A DNA stretch of 63,581 nucleotides, counting the filler, from Craspedostauros australis (lineage: Eukaryota): NCBI GenBank assembly GCA_030167865.1. It is 8 parts of 8 records of this genome, joined end to end, with 100 filler letters (N's around TTAATTAATTAA, not from the genome) between each part and the next. Parts side by side here need not be neighbours in the genome. Positions count along the whole stretch, not along the records: positions 19,810 to 30,334 come from JALAGF010005417.1; positions 30,435 to 51,375 come from JALAGF010005418.1; 6 more parts are not named here. One strand, 5' to 3'. A model generated the notes under the pieces. That model saw nothing but the letters and a program-made list of their open reading frames with translations. It did not search any database and had not been told where the DNA came from. Shown here in pieces: positions 22,719 to 33,720 of the stretch. Numbering within the stretch: position 1 is the stretch's first letter; each line of letters starts with the position of its first letter. A program made the translations under genes and the position numbers.

Positions 22719-23098
22719 TGTTAATCTGTTATCTCGTTATCGTACACAGCGAAATCACACGATTCCTTCAAGAGAGATCAAGTTAATAGAGCTAAACTAG
22801 CAGTTAGGCTAAGGAAGGATTTCCTGGAACACATGACTCGTTTTCCCACGAATCGGTCTGAACCACGTTTTGGACATAACCACGTTTGGAGCAGGCACAA
22901 GTCTTCGAAGAACCTCTTTGGAGTCCAGGACCCATGGAAAAAGGGTCCCAATGACTGGGTCATCGGAACCCCTCCCCACCAACAACTTGATGCCAATACA
23001 AGACTGCTGGATCCACGGTACAGTTCCACGTGGGAATACACGCAAGATGACCTTCGCCCAGCTTCCAACTTGATGGAGGGAAACTTTCCCCTGGTACT
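22719..23098 (-). repeat. Probable 5' LTR of element D (outer boundary unresolved)
   Basis: The minus-strand end ...AGATTAACA at 22719 precedes the PBS, leader and gag. No second copy is available to define the start. Confidence 0.55.
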
Positions 23099-23237
23099 NN
23101 NNNNNNNNNNNNNNNNNNNNNNNNNNNNNNNNNNNNNNNNNNNNNNNNNNNNNNNNNNNNNNNNNNNNNNNNNNNNNNNNNNNNNNNNNNNNNNNNNNNN
23201 NNNNNNNNNNNNNNNNNNNNNNNNNNNNNNNNNNNNG

Positions 23238-23407
23238 CACTAATCTCATAATCCGCACGTTTCTTCACCATCTACCAGTATTCTAAATTGACTACTTGTG
23301 GAACAGAAGACTCTCGTCCGGATCTCTTGCCAGTCAAGCCTCTGCCTACAGCTAAAGAACAGCCAACAAGACAACAGCCATTACGTTTGGGCTCTATTAG
23401 ATTAACA
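23238..23407 (+). repeat. Probable 3' part of the 5' LTR of element E
   Basis: Ends ATTAGATTAACA, the same terminus as the element D LTR, followed by GT and a gap, then an ORF start at 23496. Confidence 0.55.
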
Positions 23408-23495
23408 GTNNNNNNNNNNNNNNNNNNNNNNNNNNNNNNNNNNNNNNNNNNNNNNNNNNNNNNNNNNNNNNNNNNNNNNNNNNGACCTCTGCAAG

Positions 23496-26400
23496 ATGAC
23501 TCGTACCAACCGCATCGTTCCCTCCACCAGGGGACCCTCCAAGAGGAGCCCAGGTGATTTGACCGATACCTTCGAGACCGACCCCAAGGACCCGAAGGAC
23601 CCCAGCCTCTCTGTCCTCCTCAATGACACGGCAGGCGCCCTGATGGATGGACCTTCGTCACTCTTCCCCACTGAGATGGGAAAGAAGTTCATCGAAGCAA
23701 CCTTCGGACACCCCATCATCGTCGACGCGTGGAACCGAAAGGAGAAGACCCACGACGACGAAGTGGTGTGCCATGTCCACAAGACCACCTGGGACGCATT
23801 CACCAACCTCAAGCAGTACTTTGGGATCAGTATCGAGACCTCCATGGTTTTTGGCCTCTTCAAAACCAGCGCACTCGCGATCAAGAAGACACTCCCCGAA
23901 CTACTGACCACCATCCACGAAGGGACCCCAACCATGGTCCCTGGAGCCATCATGATCAACTTCACGGACCCGGACGACGTCGCAAGACACTTCGAGACAG
24001 GACTCCTCGTCTACCACATCGCCGAGTGGGTAGGATTTATCAAAGTCAACAGAGACTCATCCCTCGACCAAACTCTCAATAGGATGTTCATCGACGCAGA
24101 AAGCACCGAGAAAACGATGATGGCCTTCGACCGATTCGAAAGACGCGGCAGGCGCACGCACAATGGTGAGTGGCTAACTGCTGTCGTGGAGTACAAGACA
24201 TCCCTTTCTAACCCCACCTCCATCAGCACCTCGACCAGATCTGAAACCTCAATCCTCAAGACAGGACGAGACAGCGACAGCCGCCCAGGAGGTACCCCCT
24301 CTGGGTTNNNNNNNNNNNNNNNNNNNNNNNNNNNNNNNNNNNNNNNNNNNNNNNNNNGTCGACGCGTGGAACCGAAAGGAGAAGACCCACGACGACGAAG
24401 TGGTGTGCCATGTCCACAAGACCACCTGGGACGCATTCACCGACCTCAAGCAGTACTTTGGGATTAGCATCGAGACTGCCACGGTTTTTGGCCTCTTTAA
24501 AACCAGCGCACTCGCGATCGAGAAGACACTCCCCGAACTACTGACCACCATCCACGAAGGGACCCCAACCATGGTCCCTGGAGCCATCATGATCAACTTC
24601 ACGGACCCGGACGACGTCGCAAGACACTTCGAGACAGGACTCCTCGTCTACCACATCGCCGAGTGGGTAGGATTTATCAAAGTCAACAGAGACTCATCCC
24701 TCGACCAAACTCTCAATAGGATGTTCATCGACGCAGAAAGCACCGAGAAAACGATGATGGCCTTCGACCGATTCGAAAGACGCGGCAGGCGCACGCACAA
24801 TGGTGAGTGGCTAACTGCTGTCGTGGAGTACAAGACATTTCTCTCTAACCCCAATGCCACCAGCACCTCGACCAGATCTGAAACCTCAATCCTCAAGACA
24901 GGACGAGACAGCGACAGCCGCCCAGGAGGTACCCCCTTTGGGTTCTCATCCCTAGCCGGTGGAGCCGCCCCGGAGTGCACCTCGGGCACCCTCCCTGACG
25001 AAACCCAACTCTCTGGTATTGCTGAGCGTGGATCCATGACGACATCCCCAACAGCAACCGATGCCTACAGCGACAACCCAAATGCTGCAGGTACCAGCCC
25101 CAGCAACGACAACGACCAGCACCCGGACACCAACGAAACTACCGGACCAGCCACCAAATGTGGACCCGATGGAAGGATCAGAATGTCCCCCAACGTTTGC
25201 CCCACGACTATTGACGGTCACGGTCGCAGACCACCTGAAGCCAAGGCAGTAACCTTCGCCCATGGGACGACTACCAGAGATCCAGGAGACACTGCCACAT
25301 CTCGGATGACCCACCAGGAGAAAGGTGGGAACCGTCCAGCGAGCAACCGAAGCTCATGGGACCATCATGGTACCATGGGCAACCCACCACCTCACGGTAT
25401 GGCCAGCTACCATAACCACGACGGACGCGAACCAACAATCCGAAACCCAACCGCCAACACAGGAGCGAACCATGGAACAGATCATCTGCATCACCAAGAC
25501 CCTGGACCCAATGGTAACCATGGTCACACCAACGACGGACCCCATGGATACCCACCCCGCATGGATACCTTCCACGCACATAGGAGCCCACGCCCAGCAT
25601 ACCCACATCCACATCCAGGAGGATTCCCATCCATCGGAATCCCTGTCCACATGGGATACCCCCCAAACGGAAATGTAGGCTACCCGACTGCCCTGAGAGC
25701 TTTCATGCCTGTTGGAATTCCCCAACCTGGGTACCCCCCAAGACCACCAGGACACGGGAACCAAGCGACAGGTCATGGCGCGAACCGAATGGGACCAGAC
25801 CCACACGTCTTAGGTCCTGACACCCACCATGGGCACCACGCATTTGGGGACGCACCCCATCAGGGAGGCACCCATGGTGATACCCCAACTCCTCCCGCCA
25901 AGCTGACGAAGCGGCGCCCCAACCCGAACGCCACGAGCACCAGTCCCAATGACGACCACAACCTGCACAGCATCACCAGCAAAGCTACTGGATCAACCAA
26001 CGAGCGCGGACCCGACGAAAGGAGCGGACTGTTCCTCGACGTGAACCCCGCTACTATTGGCGGACATGATCGCAGGCCACCCGACGCCAAGGTGGCAACC
26101 TTCACCCCCAAGACAACCACCAGGGACCCAGGAGATCCTGCCGGACCCCGAGTGACCCACTCAGAGAGCAGTGGGAACCGCCCCGCGGACAACCGGAACT
26201 CATGGAACCATCATGGTACCATGGGCTACCTGCCACCCCATGGGATGGCCAGTAACCATGGCAACGGCAGACGCGAACCGACGAACCAAAACCCAACTGC
26301 GAACGCAGGCATGAACCATGGAACGGGACAAATACACTGCCATTTTCTCAATCCCTATGGCATCTACAGATATGACAACACAGTGTGCCATGGATACCCA

Positions 26401-29400
26401 CCTAACATGGGGCCTCCTCACGCATATGGCCAACCACATACGGCGTATGCGCAACCCCACCCAGAAGGATTCCCGCCTATTGGAGTCCCTGTTCGCATGG
26501 GATACGTGCCAAATGGAAGTGAAGACAACCAAACAGCACCAGGTGCCTTCGCACCTATTGGAAACCTCCAATCAGGGTACCCTCCAAGACTAACTGGATA
26601 CGGACACCAGGCAACCGACCATGGAACCCACCATGGAGGGCCAGGGCCAGGACCGCACATTGAGGCACCCAGTACTCGCTGTGGGCAACATGTACCTGGG
26701 TACTCTCGCCATCAGGAAGCCAACCATGGTGAAACCCCGTCTGTGTCAGCCAAGCTGGCGAAACAGCGACCCACCCTGGACTCCATCAAGTTCACGGGCG
26801 ATGCGGTTTCCCTCCAAGTGGTGAACCACCAAACCCGGACAAGCGGAACTGTCCTCGACACGGTCTCCACGGAACATTGGGCATCATTCCCCACATCAGG
26901 AACAGGAAGACAGTATCGAATGCCTGATGAAAACATGATCATCAACCTGGAGATGAGGGATGCATTGATGACATTCTACGTGATTCCTATCATGAAAGAT
27001 GACGAGGACCTCCCTCCGCATGACATCACCTCGAAACAGGAATGGAACCCACCAGACCACCAGGGTGGGCTTGAATGCAACGTCCCCATGAGTTGCTATC
27101 TCACCAAGAATCCGAACGGAGGCAACAAGACCTTCGATTGGAGTGGTTTCCATGATGACCAATACGACCTTTCGCCAGCAACCCCAGAGGAGAATGGTCT
27201 GGCCCCGACGCATGACGATGCCGGAACCCCACCGCATGCAGCACCCACCATCGAAGAGGAACCTCCCGCGACAGGGGAGCTCATGATGACAGCCGGCTCC
27301 ATCGAACCAATGGCACACAAGCCCCATGAGGAGGACGACTCCAATCCAGGGCCATCGCACCTTCTTTGTTCGTCGGGACCACCATCCTACCAACAAATGG
27401 ATGACGGCCCCGAAGAAAGGGGAGGGAATGGGAGGAACAGGCAAGAGAAGCGACCCCCCTTTACCATCAACGCCAGAAAGGACATCCCTTGGAGGATCAA
27501 TTCCCACAGGACGAACCAATCTAAAATCAAGACCATCTGCAAACGACAGGACGCTGTGGAGAACCCCACGCATGGATCGAACCTGGGCGCTGCTAGGAGT
27601 GCCACGAAGTCAAAAACCGGGCTACGACATACACTGATGGACCTCGCACTACCCATTGATGGACCAGCAATCATGATGAGAGACAACAAGGCAATGTTAC
27701 TGAACACCACGGCCCCTCCATTGCCCTTGAAGAAGAAACACTGCTCCTTGGCATTCCACCAGGTCCGAGAGTGCATCGCCGCAGGTATCATCGTACTCTG
27801 GTGCATTACTTCAATCAACAACACCGCTGACATGCACACCAAACCACTCTCCAAAACCCCCTTCCGTCACATCGCATCGAAGACGGTCCTCAGGAACTTA
27901 ATATACGAACCAGGGCCCTACCATGAAATCGTATCCCCCGCGAAACCGCGCGCCAAGGTCACCAGAGCGGAAGACGACCCCGACCTGCCAACCGATCGAC
28001 CAGAGGAGCAATCATGCCACAGCAAGAGACGCACCGATACAAGAAACATCAATGTCATCCGGTACCAACAAACACGCATGGACATCAGCACATCGTCAAC
28101 TACCCTCTGGCTCGCGAGAACTCGACGGGAGCCGACCCCTCTAGAGAGGTCCCGGAGAAGGCCACCCAGACCTGTCACACCGATCGCAATCACGTTGGCC
28201 GAATCCAACCGACGGGCCCCACCGAGTTTTGTTGTCGCATGCGACATGCCCGATATCCTTGCCACGACTAACAATTACGAGCCGAGTAATGGACCACGTG
28301 ACAATTTTCGTCACCAACCCGTCGACGCATCACCAACGGATCCCGCAACAGAATCCAGCCCACTGCCAGACACCAATTATTCATTGACATCGGGAAGTTT
28401 GACGCCTCGGATTTTCATCACGCCGGAACACGTTGCCAGCTCTCAGGTACTGTACCCTACAAGGAAGAAGGGAACCTTCCGTGGAATTGTCACAGGCTAC
28501 AGTGGTCACAGGGCCTGTATCACCTGTACCAAGGGCAACAGGAAGGTCCATGCTGACACCATGTCCTATGCAGACAGCCAATCCGTATTTCCGCTTTCCC
28601 TCTATGAATATCTCGATGAAGACCTCAAGGATACCGAGGCCCCCAGCATCGCGATCGCTGATGGACAGTATTTCTACCCAGCTGACGATGGCGCATGGGC
28701 AGAGAAACCCAGCATGGACAGATCCACGAATCTGAGATCATCGACCTGCCACTTCTTCAGTTTGAGGAAGAACTGCATTCCTGTCATCCTCGCACGAGCG
28801 AAGCAGACACAAAGTATCCAGAACCAGAGCGACCCCATCGCAGTGAACTTGGAACGGACACAGGCAGCACTCAAACAGGATCCTAGTCTACCCATCACCG
28901 AGGATGAGATAGTCAACGGCATCCCTGAAATCGATGACCGACAACCCTGCCTCAAGGAAGGAGAGACAGTCAATGGGAAATTCCTATCAGAGGTTCCAGA
29001 AGGGTACATCGATCAGGAACCCGCAGCAACCAGCGCAGCCAAGCCAAGGGAAACCACTGACACAGAAGCTGCAATTGCACAAGGAATTGTCACCAGCTCA
29101 CTGCCCATCCCCAGGCCATCAGTCCAACGCTCCCAACACACGTCGCCACCACCCAAGATCTTGGCCGGTACTCATGATAGGGGAGTCTACATTGACAAGT
29201 ATAGACCACTCCAGAAGGCCCCAGATCCTTCCAACAAGAAGGACATGCCAGAGTCAGAATCTCTGGGCATCGAGGAGTCGACACCCATCTACCGACCAGA
29301 CAAGATCAACCCAAACCAGGCGCATACCCAAACCACCCATGCCAGCAACCACATCGACGACTGTGGCGACTCCCCAGATGAAAGAGAGACCCTTGATGAA

Positions 29401-29829
29401 TCAGTGGGAACACCATTACCACCCAGGAGCCCAGAGATCATGGTGAGGATCTTCGATGCTCCCAATCAGCCCAGGAAGATCGTGACGAGCCCATCTCTAC
29501 GCCCAGCAACCAGACCAAGGCTGGGAGAGGAGCATTTGGATATGCACCCAATGCCATTGACCCCGCAAGACGGGTCGGTGACCGGAAGATCGTTCTCCAT
29601 GACGGAACCAGGTGCCAAGGAGGCCACCAACCCAAGGAAGAGGACCAGAATGGACCTTCCCATGCCAGAGCCATCCCCATCCCCAAGGCGACTCCAATCC
29701 TGCAACGTCATGCCAAGGGCACGAACGACAGCCATGAACTACATGCCCAACCATCTGTCCATCCTTGACCCTACCAACAAGATCAGAGCAGTCCCCCGCA
29801 CTGATCCCAGATCGGACCAAGCCACCCAA
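23496..29829 (+). mobile_element. Element E: internally deleted copia derivative encoding one long chimeric ORF (gag-like N-terminus, duplicated Pro/Gly/His region, protease tail, RNase H tail, unknown C-terminus)
   Basis: Stop-free frame 24400-30003, with its 5' part at 23496-24307. GRQYRMPDENMIINLEMRDAL..LPPHDITSKQEWNP (about 26900-27050) aligns with the post-protease segment of element D. LRHTL..PIDGPA..DNKAM..LKKKH..AFHQVRECIAAG..NTADMHTKPL (27622-27860) is a copia RNase H C-half. No RT or integrase motifs. Confidence 0.8.
25075..26772 (+). repeat. Diverged in-frame 846-bp (282-aa) tandem duplication within the element E ORF
   Basis: NPNA..TTTRDPGD..SGNRPA..HHGTMG..HGYPP..GYPPR..AKLxKxRP occurs twice, starting at 25075 and 25921. 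Confidence 0.9.
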
Positions 29830-30334
29830 TGTTGGCAAGTTCCGCTCACGGTAACCTACGATCGTGGAAGATGGTGTTGGTTGATAGTCGTCTGTTTGCT
29901 ATTTCATTACATTGGCACTCCGATACTCTCGGTGTCCGTTCGTTCTCTTGCCCGATGCTCTCGGCGCTTCAATCTGTTTCGTAGATTCGGTCTCCAACTA
30001 TGAGTCGGTACGCGAGATCCTCTCTCGCTCCTCTCTGTATTTTCTCTCTCTCAACATCGTGTGTTCGTGCTACACGATACTCCGTGTTCGATGCGTGCTC
30101 CGCATTCGACACTCCGTTCATTCAGTACTGGCTTCTACTCCATGAGTACTTACCATTTGAAGTTCACCTTCAGTACCCATGATCTTCATGGGTCATCGTA
30201 TCTTCGCCTCCTGCTCTGACTTGGAGACAGCTGTCAACGTGGTGACATGCTGACATCCTGTTGACGTCAGTAGGCGTCCTTCTGCTCTCCAGATGTCACG
30301 TTCCATTGGTGATGCAGTAGTCTGTCAGATGATA
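29830..30334 (-). repeat. LTR family B, copy 2 (partial), inserted into the element E ORF
   Basis: TGTTGGCAAGTTCCGCTCACGG... is colinear with 17898-18410 and runs to the contig end. Confidence 0.92.
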
Positions 30335-31081
30335 NNNNNNNNNNNNNNNNNNNNNNNNNNNNNNNNNNNNNNNNNNNNTTAATTAATTAANNNNNNNNNN
30401 NNNNNNNNNNNNNNNNNNNNNNNNNNNNNNNNNNTCGACTCGACATCGACCCATCACAGGAGCTGACACAACAGAGAGAAACGCTCCTGCAGCATCGCCA
30501 GGATACTGTCGGACTATGTTCCTCTCAGCAGATCAAACCCACACGATCAATCCTTGCACAGCGGATGGGTCGGCCTCGGCAGGTCAGTCTGAATGAAATG
30601 TTTCTCGGAACTGATCCGTTATGCAGCATGTGATCATCGTTGCCCTTCCTGTATCTATTATGCAAACGCCCCATGCCATCCAAACCGCATACATGATCTT
30701 GCAAAAAGTACATGATCTTGCATTCATTCGCTATGCTATCCCATCCGTGATCATGGCTATGGCATGCCATGCCATGCAGATACAGACGGTAGTCATGGCT
30801 TGGCGACAACAGAGGCCGAAGACCACGTATTGGTCAGAAAACAGGGCTGTCCCCACGTGTTGCGTACATACGACCTGCGAAACAGGAGCACATGATGTGG
30901 CTAAAACAGAGATCGTTCGGGCAGATCCCTTGTCCTCACAAAATCAAAATCTGAGCAATCAGAGAGAAATCACACGGAGAGCCACCAACGGTTGTTCACG
31001 ATCAACCAACAACCTTCAACGATCCAACATCAACTAGCCAACACCAATAATCAGCCAACATTCAGCCAACCAACCATCAAG

Positions 31082-31994
31082 ATGAAGCTCCTCTCTATCC
31101 CCTCTCTCGCCTTCGCCATGGTGACTGCGTTCAGCATTCAGAACGACAGTGGCAACACCAGCGTTGACGGATTTCCGGTGGGATTGACTCCATCCATCAC
31201 TATGGCTCGTCGTGCTCAGCCAGCATCGATCGCTGTGTCATTCCGTGCCAGTCCATCTGCACTCAGAGCAACAGAATCCGCAGCAGCAGCGGCGGTCTCG
31301 GACAACCTCGGCAGTGGCGATGTTCATACAAGCTCAATCTTGCTGGATATTTGGGACGACGCCCAAGTACGTACATGATTCTATGAGGTCGACGTGCAGC
31401 GATCATTGCTGCGCAGATGTGAATGTTGATGAGCGCACTGGCCACGACGTTGCATTCGTGGATCGTGAAGTGATCTTATTTTCGGAGATCCGGGAGGTGT
31501 GTTTGCCGATGGCCACATCGATGGGTTTGGGGGGACGTCGAGCGATATCTCACCATCCACTGCAACATGCGATTCTTGCAACGAACATCCTTTCCTATTG
31601 ATATGATATTTTTCCACTTATGTGCATGTTGTCAATGCAGGCGATTGTGCAGGCCATTCAACTGACACCAACTCCAAATACTGAAAGTAATGCGGTCAGC
31701 ATATACTTGGGAAACCCTGACAATCGTCAGAAAGTCGAAACACTTGCCACAGAGTCATACGAGTTCGCAGCTGTGATCATGGAAGTGAAGCTCGAGTACG
31801 CCCCATTCTCCTTTGAACACATCAGGTTGAATCAAATTGGAGGAGACCTCAACCAGGCCAGCCAGGAACTCAGCAGCATCCTGGCCGCATCAGAGTATTC
31901 TCGTCTGATTGGGACGTTGCAGGACATTATTTATGACCTCACGCGTTATTTCATTGTCACTGACTCCAGGAATGTGCCAGAACCTACCAATTAG
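31082..31994 (+). CDS. Two-exon hypothetical protein (about 212 aa) with signal peptide and probable plastid transit peptide
   Basis: Exons 31082-31366 and 31641-31994 joined by a phase-0 GTACGT..TGCAG intron. MKLLSIPSLAFAMVTA-F signal is followed by an S/A/R-rich segment ending SPSALRA. Confidence 0.65.
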
Positions 31995-33682
31995 TAGAGC
32001 CGAGAGTATGCTCTCATATAACTTGCCATACTAGTCCATATTGGTGCAATCGCTGCCGTTCCTTTGCGATCCATCCAAGAGCATGCTACAAGGTTCACCG
32101 TGCTAACGTATTCCATTCTGTCTGTTCCATAACCCCACGTAGGAAAAGTGGCGTGTCCTCGCAACGCTCAGGGGTGACCGATCCTGCATTTGCCATGTTG
32201 TGGGTTTGGGCATTTTTCTTGTTTACGACCTATCAACCTCCTTTTCTCCGTATAATCACGAACCACTAACTACCTGATTCTCTAATCTCCACATCTGTCA
32301 TGACGATTATCCGCTTGCTCAAGCACCAGCTGCAGAGAAGTGGCCTCGCCACAGCCCCCGGGCTGCATCATAAAGTACTTTCCACCAGCCAAGGGCGTTT
32401 TGTTAGTGTCAGGTGCGTGAGTGGGGTCCCAATAAGTGATTACTCCATCCACATGAGTAACGTGCCCGCTGCATCGGTCGAGTACTTCATGATATAGTAT
32501 TATATAATATGATATTATGGTTGATAGTATAATATTCTAGATTACATGCATGCACAAAATACACGAAAACAATAACGAGAGTGAGACGAAGATGATTCCA
32601 GCCATTACTCCTGTCTCTCAAGAGAGAGTATGCTCCTGCAATGATATGTAATATCATATAATACCATAGAGCATTGGATACATGCCAGCGTAGAGCTATA
32701 GTTGCTTCAGCCAATGAACACTTGTATCGAACGTATAATATCATATTGGTACTGACGTTTGGTGTTGGTGGTCGCCCTCGATACTCTCGGTAGTACATGT
32801 TAGCGACGTCAACTCTCCAGTTGTTGTCGTGTTGGTATGGGCGCAGAACTGCAGGATAGCATTCTAGGGACTTGTTAAGTTGTCGTAGAGTGGCCACCAG
32901 CTCTCATTGTTCTGGTCACAATCCATAGTGTACTGACGCCGTGAGTGATTTGCTTGCCTACGACTACTCTGCTCCAACGAGAGCACATTCACGATTGCTC
33001 TCCGGAGAGAGGTCTTTGTGGAATACGGCTACTCATGCCATGCTTCCAACCCTTTTTGTGGAAGAAACAAGCCAGTAATTTGCGCCCCGAGCAGAGATGC
33101 TGCAAAGTACTTGAATCGGTGCCTTCCACGTTGGCGCTGCTTTTCAGTATCTCTAACTTTGTTGTTATAGCATGGCAACCAATCATGTTTGACGCTGACA
33201 CGGTTTGGAACAACATCGAAGCACAGAATCAGATCGCGTCGCAGAAACACGAACAAGTGGTCCTCTCATCCTTGGATGTGGAAGGCGCGCACAGTCTCCC
33301 ATCATCACACACGCCAACACAACTCGCATGTGTTTGTACGAGTATAGCAGGCCGTAAGTCATGCCATGCATGAAACGAAGAATACAGAGCGCCTCCACGC
33401 TGATGCCGCCCCTCTTTTGGCTTGCACCGTCCAAAAGGTCGCGTGTGTGGCAATACGAGGTATGGGACGTACAGAGAGGCGCCGTCTTCGTTCTTGGCAC
33501 CTGAGGTTGGAAAGCAAGGACCTTCGCCGCAGCACCATCCAACGCATCCATCCGAAGCGAAGCGATGCGATGCTGACTGGAAGCCATGCACAGAAACGAA
33601 CACTTGAGGATGGAAACGGAACTCACAATCAACAAAGCATGACAAGAAAGAAAATCACAGCAACACGAACTGAGAACAACGG

Positions 33683-33709
33683 CAACAGCAACAGCAACAG
33701 CAACAGCAA
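33683..33709 (+). repeat. (CAACAG)n microsatellite just upstream of the cyclase start
   Basis: caacagcaacagcaacagcaacagcaa. Confidence 0.8.
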
Positions 33710-33720
33710 AGGGTACAGGA

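Noticed and set aside
23721..24944. About 590-bp direct duplication either side of the N gap
   Set aside because: Near-identical copies abutting a gap most likely reflect uncollapsed alleles or paralogs; a true tandem duplication cannot be supported without reads.
29830..30003. Hydrophobic C-terminus of the 1867-aa ORF as an envelope-like TM anchor
   Set aside because: These 57 residues are read-through into the inserted family-B LTR; the same peptide appears at 17898 and 53529.
32487..32897. 136-aa minus-strand ORF in an AT-rich patch
   Set aside because: Atypical composition and no motif; likely non-coding or a decayed repeat.
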